Positions 10,837 to 19,311 of a DNA stretch of 64,000 nt are shown piece by piece. The stretch spans positions 4,296 through 68,295 of the forward strand of contig JAQCJQ010000001.1 of the NCBI GenBank assembly GCA_027593035.1. Direction: 5' to 3'. This DNA comes from Bacteroidota bacterium (GTDB lineage: Bacteria; Bacteroidota; Bacteroidia; Flavobacteriales_D; Sanyastnellaceae). The translations under genes were made by a program, and so were the position numbers. Every line of letters begins with the position of its first letter. Position 1 is the first letter of the stretch. The notes beneath the pieces are model-generated. The model worked only from the letters and a program-made list of their open reading frames with translations. It ran no database searches and was not told the DNA's origin.

Positions 10837-11868
10837 TCAAGTGCGATTTCGCATCAAGAAAGGAAAACGATCAATGTTTTTCAAAGCGATGGCGGTCCCT
10901 TTGGCAACGGCGTGCAACGGATCGTCGGCAACGTGAACCGGGAGCCGTGTGCGGGCGGAAATCCGTTTGTCCAAACCGCGCAACAAAGCGCCACCTCCGG
11001 CCAAATAAATCCCCGTTTTATAAATATCCGCGGACAATTCAGGAGGAGTTTGCTCGAGTGCGCTGTGAATGGCTTCTTCGATTTTAGCAATGCTCTTGTC
11101 CAAGGCTTGGGCAATCTCCTTGTACGATACCAGGATTTCTTTTGGAATGCCGGTCATCAAGTCACGACCGCGTACCGGGTAATCTTCCGGGGGATTGTCC
11201 AACTCGGGCATCGCGGATCCCACTTCAATCTTAATCTGTTCGGCCGTGCGTTCACCGATCAAGATGTTGTGTTGTCTTCGCATGTATTCTTCGATATCCG
11301 AAGTGAAGTCATCTCCAGCTACGCGAATGTTCTTGTCCGTGACAATGCCTCCCAAGGCGATGACCGCAATCTCAGAGGTACCCCCTCCGATGTCAATGAT
11401 CATGTTGCCCATGGGCTCTTCTACATCGATTCCAATTCCAATGGCGGCAGCCATCGGTTCGTGGATGAGGTAAACGTCCTTCCCGCCGGCGTGCTCAGCG
11501 CTATCTCCAACGGCCCGCTTTTCCACTTCCGTGATTCCTGAGGGGATGCAAATGACCATGCGCAGTGAAGGGGTGAACCAGGTTTTCCGCACGTTCATCA
11601 TTTTGATCATCCCTTTGATCATGGCCTCAGCGGCCTGGAAATCCGCAATAACACCGTCCTTCAACGGGCGTATCGTCTCGATGTTCTTGTGCGTTTTCCC
11701 ATGCATTTGCTGGGCCAAACGTCCAATGGCAACGATGCGGTTTGTGGTTCGGTCTCTCGCTACGATGCTGGGTTCATCCACGACGACTTTATCCTGATAG
11801 TAGATAATGGTGTTGGCAGTACCGAGATCGATGGCAATCTCCTGCATGAAAAAATTGAACAAGCCCAT
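10837..11868 (-). CDS. mreB: rod shape-determining actin homologue MreB
   Basis: MGLFNFFMQEIAIDLGTANT and IIDIGGGTSEIAV. Start chosen at ATG 11868, because the listed start at 11916 lies inside the predicted -7 box. Confidence 0.95.
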   Translation of the reverse strand: MGLFNFFMQEIAIDLGTANTIIYYQDKVVVDEPSIVARDRTTNRIVAIGRLAQQMHGKTHKNIETIRPLKDGVIADFQAAEAMIKGMIKMMNVRKTWFTPSLRMVICIPSGITEVEKRAVGDSAEHAGGKDVYLIHEPMAAAIGIGIDVEEPMGNMIIDIGGGTSEIAVIALGGIVTDKNIRVAGDDFTSDIEEYMRRQHNILIGERTAEQIKIEVGSAMPELDNPPEDYPVRGRDLMTGIPKEILVSYKEIAQALDKSIAKIEEAIHSALEQTPPELSADIYKTGIYLAGGGALLRGLDKRISARTRLPVHVADDPLHAVAKGTAIALKNIDRFPFLMRNRT

Positions 11869-11913
11869 GAGCGAAAGGTCTGAGAGGTGGAGCGAGGACG
11901 CGGGGGAATCATC

Positions 11914-11921
11914 CAAATATA
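11914..11921 (-). promoter_or_regulatory. -7 promoter box TATATTTG upstream of the mreB operon
   Basis: Exact TAnnTTTG on the - strand, about 45 nt before the mreB ATG. Confidence 0.5.
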
Positions 11922-11987
11922 AGCAAGCGGGATGCGGATTGAGCGGCCTGCACCGTCAGAATTTATGCACCCTCAATACCGGTGGAA

Positions 11988-13520
11988 TCAATGCCGGAAA
12001 TGCCGCACTCCCGTCATGTACATGACGAGGCCGTTTTCGTCGCAATACGCCACACTGAGATCATCTTTGATGGATCCTCCCGGTTGGATTACGGCCTTGA
12101 TTCCAGCTTGGCCAGCGATTTCAACACAATCGGGAAACGGGAAGAAGGCATCGGAGGCCATCACCGCACCCTTCAAATCGAATCCAAAATTCCCCGCTTT
12201 TACGATCGCCTGATTCAGCGCATCGACACGGCTAGTTTGCCCTGTGCCGCTTCCCAACAATTGCTGGCCTTTGGCGAAAACGATGGTGTTGGATCGGGTG
12301 TGTTTCGTGATTTTCATGGCGAAAATCAAATCTTCCAGCTGCTGCTCATTGCCTGATTCAATCGTGGCGAGCTGCAGATCTTCACGGCTTTCGGTCCGGG
12401 AGTCCTTGCTTTGAACGAGGTAGCCATTCAGCGCAGATCGAACACCCACTTCGGGCATGGTGGTTGGTTTTTGAACCAAGAGAATGCGGTTCTTCTTTTG
12501 TTGCAAAACGGCCAAGGCTCCTTCGTCAAAACCCGGGGCGATGGCCACTTCGAAAAACAAGTTGTGCATGGATTCAGCCGTCGCTGTGTCGATGACTCGA
12601 TTGCTAATCAAGACCCCGCCGAACGCCGACACGGGATCCCCGGCCAAAGCGTCATTCCATGCTTCTAAGAGCGTTTCGCGAGTGGCCAAACCACAGGCGT
12701 TGTTGTGCTTCAAGACAGCGAACGTGGGACCGTTTTGCTGGAATTCTGACATCAACTGGACCGCCGCATCGACGTCCAGGAGGTTGTTGTATGAAAGGGC
12801 CTTTCCATGGAGTTGATCAAACAACTCGTGCAACGGGCCGAAAAAATTGCCCGCTTGGTGCGGGTTCTCTCCGTAACGAAGACGGGTTGATTGCAGTTCA
12901 GAAAGATTCAAGTGCTCAACTGAACGTCCGCCGATCATCCATTCGTGGATGTGCGTGTCGTAGTGGGAACTGACGCGAAACGCGCGTGCGGCGAGCTGTT
13001 GTCGTTCCTCTCGCGTGGTAACGCCTTCGCCATTTTCCAACAAATCCAATAGCGTGGCATAATCTGACTGACTGGACACGATGACCACGTCTTCGAAATT
13101 CTTAGCGGCTGCACGAATGAGCGAAATGCCACCGATGTCAATTTTCTCGATGATCTCATGATGGCTCCCACCGCTGGCCACAGTTTCCTCGAACGGATAT
13201 AGATCCACAATGACCAAATCGATGGATGGCAAATCGTATTCTTCCATGTGGGCCACGTCCGGGGCGAACTCGCGACGATTGAGAATCCCGCCGAAGACCT
13301 TTGGGTGCAATGTTTTGACGCGTCCGCCCAAAATCGAAGGGTACTCCGTGATGTCCTCAACCGGGATCACAGTCGCTCCCATGGCCTCCAAAGCGACCTG
13401 CGTTCCCCCCGTAGAATACAGCGTGATTCCAAGTCGTGTCAGCTCTTGAACGATGGGCTCCAATCCCTTTTTGTGATGAACAGAAATGAGAGCAGATTGG
13501 ATGCGGCGCGGTGCGTTCAT
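11988..13520 (-). CDS. purH: bifunctional AICAR transformylase / IMP cyclohydrolase
   Basis: ALISVHHKKGL, KTLHPKVFGGIL, LGSGTGQTSRVDAL. Start chosen at ATG 13520 (MNAPRRIQSALISV), which is downstream of the -7 box. Confidence 0.95.
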   Translation of the reverse strand: MNAPRRIQSALISVHHKKGLEPIVQELTRLGITLYSTGGTQVALEAMGATVIPVEDITEYPSILGGRVKTLHPKVFGGILNRREFAPDVAHMEEYDLPSIDLVIVDLYPFEETVASGGSHHEIIEKIDIGGISLIRAAAKNFEDVVIVSSQSDYATLLDLLENGEGVTTREERQQLAARAFRVSSHYDTHIHEWMIGGRSVEHLNLSELQSTRLRYGENPHQAGNFFGPLHELFDQLHGKALSYNNLLDVDAAVQLMSEFQQNGPTFAVLKHNNACGLATRETLLEAWNDALAGDPVSAFGGVLISNRVIDTATAESMHNLFFEVAIAPGFDEGALAVLQQKKNRILLVQKPTTMPEVGVRSALNGYLVQSKDSRTESREDLQLATIESGNEQQLEDLIFAMKITKHTRSNTIVFAKGQQLLGSGTGQTSRVDALNQAIVKAGNFGFDLKGAVMASDAFFPFPDCVEIAGQAGIKAVIQPGGSIKDDLSVAYCDENGLVMYMTGVRHFRH

Positions 13521-13561
13521 AGCAAGGATGAAATGGGTGGCTAACTTGGAAAAACTCAAAG

Positions 13562-13569
13562 CAAAACTA
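13562..13569 (-). promoter_or_regulatory. -7 promoter box TAGTTTTG upstream of purH
   Basis: Exact TAnnTTTG on the - strand, about 41 nt before the purH ATG, in a divergent 104-bp spacer. Confidence 0.5.
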
Positions 13570-13612
13570 CAATTTCTTTTTGGCTTCTGTGTGTTGGACA
13601 TGACGGAACCTT

Positions 13613-13620
13613 TAGCTTTG
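13613..13620 (+). promoter_or_regulatory. -7 promoter box TAGCTTTG, 4 nt before the ABC permease ATG
   Basis: Exact TAnnTTTG followed by TGGT and then ATG (13625). This implies a leaderless or near-leaderless mRNA. Confidence 0.45.
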
Positions 13621-13624
13621 TGGT

Positions 13625-14866
13625 ATGCTGTGGTTGCGCCTTTTACGGGAGAGTTTCTTGTTTGCATGGTCGGCCATTTTAATGAACCGATTGCGCACGT
13701 TTTTGTCCTTGCTCGGCGTGATGGTCGGCATCTTCATGATCACCGCTGTTTTTGCCGTGGTGGATTCATTGGAAGACGGGTTGAAAAGCACCTTCAATAT
13801 TCTGGACGACGATGTGCTATTTGTCCAAAAGTGGCCTTGGTCCTTTGGGGAAGATTATCCTTGGTGGAAATATGTGCAACGCCGGGAAGTCAGTATTCGC
13901 GATATGGAATCGCTGGGCGAACGCTTGCAGAAAGCGGAGACGGTTGCTTTTCAGGCGAAAGAAGGAGGGTCCATTGAAGCCGGAAATAGCCGAATGGATG
14001 GCATTGGCATTGTCGCGGTCACCGATGGTTATCCCGATGTCATTTCCATGGACATTGAGCACGGGCGGTTTTTTTCAGCCGCTGAAAGTGCTGCAGGGCA
14101 GCCGCTGGTAATCATTGGGCATGAGATGGCCATGGAGCTTTTTGGGCGTCCTGATGCCCGAGGTAAGGATGTGGAGATCAAAGGCCAATCGCTTCGCGTA
14201 ATCGGTGTCTTTGCGCAAGAAGGAGCGTCCATGGTGACCGATGGATTTGATCGGGCGGTGCTCGTTCCGGCCAAATTCGGATCGCGCATTATGAATTACT
14301 CGCAAGGGACGAGCATCATGGTCAAGCCTAAACCAGGAGTGACTTCGGAGGAATTGTCCGACGAATTGATTCAACAATTCCGCTCCATTCGCCGATTGCG
14401 ACCGCGTGAAGAAGATGACTTCTCCATCAACCAGATTGGGATGCTGACCTCCATATTGGATGCCATTTTCGTGCAAGTGGAGTGGGGAGGTTGGTTCATT
14501 GGGATTTTTGCAATCCTTGTCGGCTGCTTTAGCATTGCCAACATCATGTTTGTGAGTGTCCGAGAACGCACGCGCATTATTGGCGTGCAAAAGGCCATCG
14601 GGGCCAAATCGACTTTCATCCTCACCCAGTTTCTTTTTGAGGCGGTGGCACTGTGTTTGTTCGGGGCATTCTTCGCCTTGCTCGCTATTGAGGGCATTGT
14701 GCTCTTGGTGAATCTCCTGGATTTAGGCATCGTGCTCAAGGTGCGTCCATCGCGCATCGCCATTGCGTTGAGCGTGGCCGTTGCTTCTGGATTGTTAGCG
14801 GGATTGGCTCCAGCGCAGAAGGCCGCTCGCATGGAGCCGGTAGAGGCCATGCGGACCAACGCCTAA
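13625..14866 (+). CDS. ABC transporter permease, MacB/FtsX family
   Basis: N-terminal TM segment (RTFLSLLGVMVGIF), a large periplasmic domain, and a C-terminal FtsX-type domain with VRERTRIIGVQKAIGA. No ATPase gene is adjacent. Confidence 0.8.
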   Translation: MLWLRLLRESFLFAWSAILMNRLRTFLSLLGVMVGIFMITAVFAVVDSLEDGLKSTFNILDDDVLFVQKWPWSFGEDYPWWKYVQRREVSIRDMESLGERLQKAETVAFQAKEGGSIEAGNSRMDGIGIVAVTDGYPDVISMDIEHGRFFSAAESAAGQPLVIIGHEMAMELFGRPDARGKDVEIKGQSLRVIGVFAQEGASMVTDGFDRAVLVPAKFGSRIMNYSQGTSIMVKPKPGVTSEELSDELIQQFRSIRRLRPREEDDFSINQIGMLTSILDAIFVQVEWGGWFIGIFAILVGCFSIANIMFVSVRERTRIIGVQKAIGAKSTFILTQFLFEAVALCLFGAFFALLAIEGIVLLVNLLDLGIVLKVRPSRIAIALSVAVASGLLAGLAPAQKAARMEPVEAMRTNA

Positions 14867-14893
14867 GCTCCATTCGTTTCGTATCTTTATTCC

Positions 14894-15778
14894 ATGAGGC
14901 GGATCATCATCACAGGTGCTCAAGGTCAATTGGGACAGCGCTTGGTTGAACAATTGAGCCAACGAGCTGGATTGCAGGCCATCGGTCTTGACCGAAGTGC
15001 CTTGGACATTTCGAGTACAAAATCCATTGAACAGGCTTTGAATCATTGGACGCCTGATGCGGTGATCAATGCGGCTGCTTATACGGCTGTGGACCAGGCG
15101 GAGAACGAATCAGAATTAGCGCATGCTGTGAATGCGAAGGGAGCCGGGAATTTGGCTCAAGTTTGTGCAAAGAGAGGACTGAATTTCATCCATGTGAGCA
15201 CCGATTACGTGTTTGACGGAAAGGCCTCGACTCCTTATCAATCCGACCAGACACCCAATCCAATCGGGGTCTACGGCGCTTCGAAATTGGCAGGAGAGGA
15301 AGCAGTTCATGCGGCATTTCAAAACGAAAACACGGTGGCGAAATTTTGGATTTTCCGCGTGGCTTGGTTGTATGACTCAGCAGGAAAGAACTTCCTCACG
15401 ACGATGTTGCGATTGGCTGAAAAAGGCTTGCCACTCCGGGTGGTCGAAGACCAATGGGGTGCTCCCACAGCAGCAGGCCCTTTGGCTGCTATGCTCATCG
15501 ATTGCATCGATAAACCAGAACAATTGGCGTCTGGAATTTGGCATTACGGCACAGCAGGGCCCACCCACTGGTGTGGTTTTGCACAAGCGATTTTTGAATT
15601 CCGTAATTTGAACGTCGAAGTGCATCCCTGCAGCTCTTCGGAATACCCCACCAAGGCGCCCCGGCCATCCTATTCATATCTGGACCCCAATCCGCTCATG
15701 CAGGCGCTAGGAAAAAAAGCAATTCCTTGGAAGGAAGAGCTCAAACAATGCCTGTTGGAACAAGCTGAATCGAACTGA
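14894..15778 (+). CDS. rfbD: dTDP-4-dehydrorhamnose reductase
   Basis: ITGAQGQLGQ Rossmann motif, VSTDYVFDG, RPSYSYLD. 294 aa. Confidence 0.9.
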   Translation: MRRIIITGAQGQLGQRLVEQLSQRAGLQAIGLDRSALDISSTKSIEQALNHWTPDAVINAAAYTAVDQAENESELAHAVNAKGAGNLAQVCAKRGLNFIHVSTDYVFDGKASTPYQSDQTPNPIGVYGASKLAGEEAVHAAFQNENTVAKFWIFRVAWLYDSAGKNFLTTMLRLAEKGLPLRVVEDQWGAPTAAGPLAAMLIDCIDKPEQLASGIWHYGTAGPTHWCGFAQAIFEFRNLNVEVHPCSSSEYPTKAPRPSYSYLDPNPLMQALGKKAIPWKEELKQCLLEQAESN

Positions 15779-15780
15779 AG

Positions 15781-17547
15781 ATGGATGCAATGGAATTGAA
15801 AGCCCACGCTCAAAAACGTGCGGCGCTATGGACGAAAGAGCCCTTTGATCTGGCAACGCGGCAAGAGGTGGAACGTCTGATAGCGGAAAATGGAGATGCG
15901 TTGGTGGAGCATTTTTACACCGATTTGGAATTTGGAACGGGCGGATTGCGGGGGTTAATGGCCCCGGGCACCAACCGGATGAACCGGTACACAGTTGCCC
16001 AAACAACCCAGGGATTGGCCCAGTATGTCTTGGCGTCAGGTTCAAAAAACCCATCCGTTGCGATTGCCCATGATTCGCGCAACGGCAGTCCAGAATTCGC
16101 GCGCGTGGCCGCTGAAGTGTTGGCGGGGAATGGTATTGACGCTTTTCTCTATCCCGAGTTGCGCCCCACCCCCCAACTGTCATTTACCGTTCGCAACAAG
16201 GGTTGCACGGCGGGCATCGTGATTACAGCGAGTCACAACCCCAAAGAATACAACGGATACAAGGTCTATTGGAGTGATGGTGGGCAGATTGTCCCTCCGC
16301 ACGACGCGGGAATAATCAATGAGGTCCGAGGGGTGCAGTCCATGGAATCCGTTCGATGGGCGGATGAGTCGGACCAGCACCGCATCCACTTGCTGGACAG
16401 CAACGATGATTTGGCCTATCTCCAAACCGTCAAAGATTTGAGCCTGGATCGGACGCTGCGCGATAGGGGCTCTGACATGCCGCTGGTTTATACTCCGTTG
16501 CATGGAACGGGGTCCGCCTCGGTCATTCCAGCACTGGAGAACGCCGGATTTCGGAATGTGCACATCGTTGAAAGTCAAAGAGAACCCAACGGCAATTTCC
16601 CGACGGTGCACAGCCCCAATCCAGAAGAAGGTGCGGCTTTAGCCGAAGCCATCGCGCTCGCAAAACAAGTGGGCGCTCAGTTGGTCATGGGCACGGACCC
16701 GGACTCGGACCGGGTGGGAATAGCAGTTCCGGACGCTCATGAAGCCAGCGGATACCGGCTGCTCAACGGCAACGAAACCGGGGCGTTGTTGGTCCATTAC
16801 GTGTTGCGAGGCCGCCAGCAAGCGGGGCAACTCAATACCGCGACAGACTTTGTTGCCAAGACCATTGTGACCTCCAACCTCATGTCGGACTTGGGACGCA
16901 GTTTTGGGCTTCAAGTCCATGAAACGTTGACGGGTTTCAAATGGATCGCCGATGCCATCCGACGAGAAGAAGGCCGAGGTCGGTTTGTCGTTGGTGGTGA
17001 GGAGAGCTACGGCTATATGATAGGCGATGCGGTGCGGGATAAAGATGCCGTTGCAGCGTCTTGTTTGTTGGCGGAAATGGCCCACGTTGCGCAGGCGTCA
17101 GGAACCGATTTGTTGGGCGAATTGGAATCCATCCATCGGGAACATGGATTTTACCGTGAGGCATTGGTTTCTCAAACGCGGCATGGCCGTTCAGGGAAGG
17201 AAGAGATTGCGGCGCAAATGGAAACATTTCGTACAGCGCCTCCGATGGAGTTGGCCGGGGAGGCCGTGGTGGAATTGCGGGACTACCGGACTTGCCGGCT
17301 CACCCATTTTCCGTCGGAAACAATGGAAACGATGGACTTGCCAGCATCCAATGTCATTCAATTCGTGACCGCGGAAGGATCGATTGTCACCGCACGACCC
17401 AGTGGCACAGAACCCAAAATCAAGTTCTATTTTTCAGTTCGCATGGCGCCTGAGGAGTTGGCCAATCGTTCGGATTATGCCGCCGCACAGCAAGAGTTGG
17501 ATCTTCGGATTGACCGGCTCAAAGACGCTTTAGGAATCAACGCGTAA
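15781..17547 (+). CDS. phosphoglucomutase/phosphomannomutase family protein
   Basis: Active-site loop TASHNPKEYNGYKVY, metal loop GTDPDSDRVG, sugar loop GGEESYG. Confidence 0.9.
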   Translation: MDAMELKAHAQKRAALWTKEPFDLATRQEVERLIAENGDALVEHFYTDLEFGTGGLRGLMAPGTNRMNRYTVAQTTQGLAQYVLASGSKNPSVAIAHDSRNGSPEFARVAAEVLAGNGIDAFLYPELRPTPQLSFTVRNKGCTAGIVITASHNPKEYNGYKVYWSDGGQIVPPHDAGIINEVRGVQSMESVRWADESDQHRIHLLDSNDDLAYLQTVKDLSLDRTLRDRGSDMPLVYTPLHGTGSASVIPALENAGFRNVHIVESQREPNGNFPTVHSPNPEEGAALAEAIALAKQVGAQLVMGTDPDSDRVGIAVPDAHEASGYRLLNGNETGALLVHYVLRGRQQAGQLNTATDFVAKTIVTSNLMSDLGRSFGLQVHETLTGFKWIADAIRREEGRGRFVVGGEESYGYMIGDAVRDKDAVAASCLLAEMAHVAQASGTDLLGELESIHREHGFYREALVSQTRHGRSGKEEIAAQMETFRTAPPMELAGEAVVELRDYRTCRLTHFPSETMETMDLPASNVIQFVTAEGSIVTARPSGTEPKIKFYFSVRMAPEELANRSDYAAAQQELDLRIDRLKDALGINA

Positions 17548-17554
17548 CCCGCGT

Positions 17555-18145
17555 CTATCGATTTTCCAATTGATCGACACCATCTTGGATGGTTTCCTCC
17601 AATTGATTCACACCGTTTTGGAGGTTCTCACGGAGTTCATCCCAAGGCGTGTCCCGTTGCATTTCAGGGATGATTCGCTCGATGGCTGTCTCGATGTGCG
17701 GGAAAATAATGGCCTGATCGGCTGCGTTTTCAGGGAGCCACGCCCGGTTCCCGAAAACGGCGTCCAAAGCGAATGTGAGGATGCTCAATAGGCACACCAT
17801 TTGAATAAAGCCAAGGGCCATTCCGGCCAATTTATTGACCAACCCCAAGGCCGATAGGTCCACGATTTTCTCGATCATTTTCGCCAGGATGTGAACGCCG
17901 ATCACCACCAGGATAAAGGCCAAGATGAAGGCCGTTAGGGACAACACGCTTTCAGGCCAATCCAACTCGTCGTGGAGCCATTGACCAAGACCATCCGAAC
18001 CATGAAATCCAGCGAAAATACCTGCAATCAAGGCAATGAGGGAAGCGATCTTCACGATGAATCCTTTTCGGAATCCCCGCCAAAGGGACCACACAAGAAT
18101 CACGGCAAGGACGATGTCGATTGAAGATGCTTCAGGCCATTCCAT
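17555..18145 (-). CDS. cvpA: CvpA family membrane protein
   Basis: MEWPEASSIDIVLAVILVWSLWRGFRKGFI, typical of the CvpA N-terminus, with 4 TM segments. Start chosen at ATG 18145; the listed 18202 start is a GTG overlapping the divergent gene. Confidence 0.75.
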   Translation of the reverse strand: MEWPEASSIDIVLAVILVWSLWRGFRKGFIVKIASLIALIAGIFAGFHGSDGLGQWLHDELDWPESVLSLTAFILAFILVVIGVHILAKMIEKIVDLSALGLVNKLAGMALGFIQMVCLLSILTFALDAVFGNRAWLPENAADQAIIFPHIETAIERIIPEMQRDTPWDELRENLQNGVNQLEETIQDGVDQLENR

Positions 18146-18191
18146 GTCGCCAAGGTAAGGTGAGGGCCTGCGATATGGGTACCTTTCGGCC

Positions 18192-18683
18192 ATGGAAAAC
18201 ACACCGCATCATTGGGTCATTCGTCCGGGTCAACCAGAAGACATCCCGGCAGTTCATGCTTTGATTGTTGATTTGGCCATCTACGAGCGTGCAGAATCGG
18301 AAGTCGTGAACACAGTGGACGCACTGGTTGCGGATGGCTTTGGGCCGCATGCGATGTACGAGTTGTTCGTAGCGGAATCAGCGGGAGAGGTCGTTGGCAT
18401 GGCCTTGTGGTATGTCAAGTATAGCACGTGGAAGGGGAAATGCGGATTTTTGGAAGATCTGATGGTGGCCGAATCTCACCGAGGGCAGGGCATCGGAAAG
18501 GCCCTGTTTGAGGAAGTGGCACGCGCCAGTGCTCAACGTGGTTATTTGCGCATGGAATGGCAGGTGTTGGATTGGAATGAACCGGCCATTACGTTTTACC
18601 AACGGCTTGGAGCTGAGTTGGATGGGGAGTGGTTCAATGGCAAATTGACAGGGGAGGTGTTGGCGAATTACAAGCCATCCTAA
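18192..18683 (+). CDS. GNAT family N-acetyltransferase (diamine/SSAT-like)
   Basis: Acetyl-CoA motif HRGQGIGKALF. 163 aa. SSAT-like core YVKYSTWKG...LEDLMV. Confidence 0.8.
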   Translation: MENTPHHWVIRPGQPEDIPAVHALIVDLAIYERAESEVVNTVDALVADGFGPHAMYELFVAESAGEVVGMALWYVKYSTWKGKCGFLEDLMVAESHRGQGIGKALFEEVARASAQRGYLRMEWQVLDWNEPAITFYQRLGAELDGEWFNGKLTGEVLANYKPS

Positions 18684-18842
18684 ACGGTGGGGCGGGATTT
18701 TGGGTTCCATCCGTTGCAGTGAAAGCAATATTGCTTAACATTGAGTAGCCAGTGGATTGGTCTCCCTGGTGGGTAGAAAATCGCGAATTCACGTGTCCTG
18801 ACGGCAGGTGATGAAGTGATTTTTAGTTCAATGCTAAGTGGG

Positions 18843-18872
18843 GCAGGACAGCGGTCCTGCTCCATTTTTTTT
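18843..18872 (+). terminator. rho-independent terminator
   Basis: 7-bp stem GCAGGAC / GTCCTGC with loop AGCG, followed by TCCA and T8 (18865-18872). It lies 160 nt downstream of the GNAT stop. Confidence 0.7.
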
Positions 18873-18936
18873 GCTTCATTGTTTGCCCACAAAACCTCGC
18901 CGATTTGACTCCTTCGCCTGCGCGAGTTCAGGGCAC

Positions 18937-18967
18937 AAAAAAACCGCAACGAGGCGGCTATTTTTTT
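18937..18967 (-). terminator. short hairpin with flanking A7/T7 tracts, likely terminator of the DUF2795 gene (bidirectional shape)
   Basis: CCGC(ctcgtt)GCGG core, extendable by G-U and A-U pairs, followed by T7 on the - strand. It lies 22-50 nt downstream of the stop at 18989. Confidence 0.45.
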
Positions 18968-18988
18968 GCAATATCAAGAAGCGAATCG

Positions 18989-19210
18989 CTAGTATTCGTC
19001 TTCATTGAAAAAGAAATCCTCCTTACTGGGGTAATCGGGCCAAATGTCTTCAATGGTTTCGAAGGAGTCGCCCTCATCTTCCAATTGTTGCAAATTTTCT
19101 ACCACCTCTAGAGGTGCACCGGTTCGCATGGCGAAGTCGATCAGTTCATCCTTCGTAGCCGGCCAAGGGGCATCTTCCAAGTAGGAGGCGAGTTCAAGTG
19201 TCCAGTACAT
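18989..19210 (-). CDS. DUF2795-like small acidic protein (73 aa)
   Basis: MYWTLELASYLEDAPWPATKDELIDFAMRTGAP..VVENL resembles the DUF2795 family from memory. It has its own -7 box and terminator. Confidence 0.65.
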   Translation of the reverse strand: MYWTLELASYLEDAPWPATKDELIDFAMRTGAPLEVVENLQQLEDEGDSFETIEDIWPDYPSKEDFFFNEDEY

Positions 19211-19230
19211 GTGGTTTAAGCTTCAGCGCG

Positions 19231-19238
19231 CAAAAATA
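19231..19238 (-). promoter_or_regulatory. -7 promoter box TATTTTTG upstream of the DUF2795 gene
   Basis: Exact TAnnTTTG on the - strand, 20 nt before the ATG at 19210. Confidence 0.5.
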
Positions 19239-19311
19239 GCAGAATCACCGTCATATGCAAGGATTTTAATGGAAACCTCACAAAAGCATGTGTGATTTGG
19301 CTAGAAAGCCT

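Noticed and set aside
10413-11541. Antisense ORFs of 224 and 209 aa opposite mreC/mreB
   Set aside because: They are codon-aligned shadow ORFs of well-conserved genes with no motifs. They are explained by avoidance of TTA, CTA and TCA codons in the sense genes.
13521-13667. 49-codon N-terminal extension of purH (listed start 13667) and similar extensions of mreB (11916), cvpA (18202), pdxA (46594), kdsD (55104), lptB (50773)
   Set aside because: The extensions begin at GTG or TTG codons or upstream ATGs. They run through predicted -7 boxes or into neighbouring genes and lack homology. Internal ATGs give N-termini that match the families.
18750-18815. Partial resemblance to a cobalamin-riboswitch B12 box (CCAGGGAGACC on the - strand) and to the SRP RNA 3' strand (GGCAGGTGATGAAG)
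   Set aside because: In both cases only a short fragment matches. The B12-box core and the rest of the riboswitch are missing, as is the SRP GGAA tetraloop and its 5' strand. The orientation does not fit regulation of the nearby adenosyltransferase gene.
18680-18949. 89-aa ORF on the - strand filling the long GNAT/DUF2795 spacer
   Set aside because: It would start inside the DUF2795 terminator hairpin and run antisense through the + strand terminator. It has no promoter box and its composition is not protein-like.
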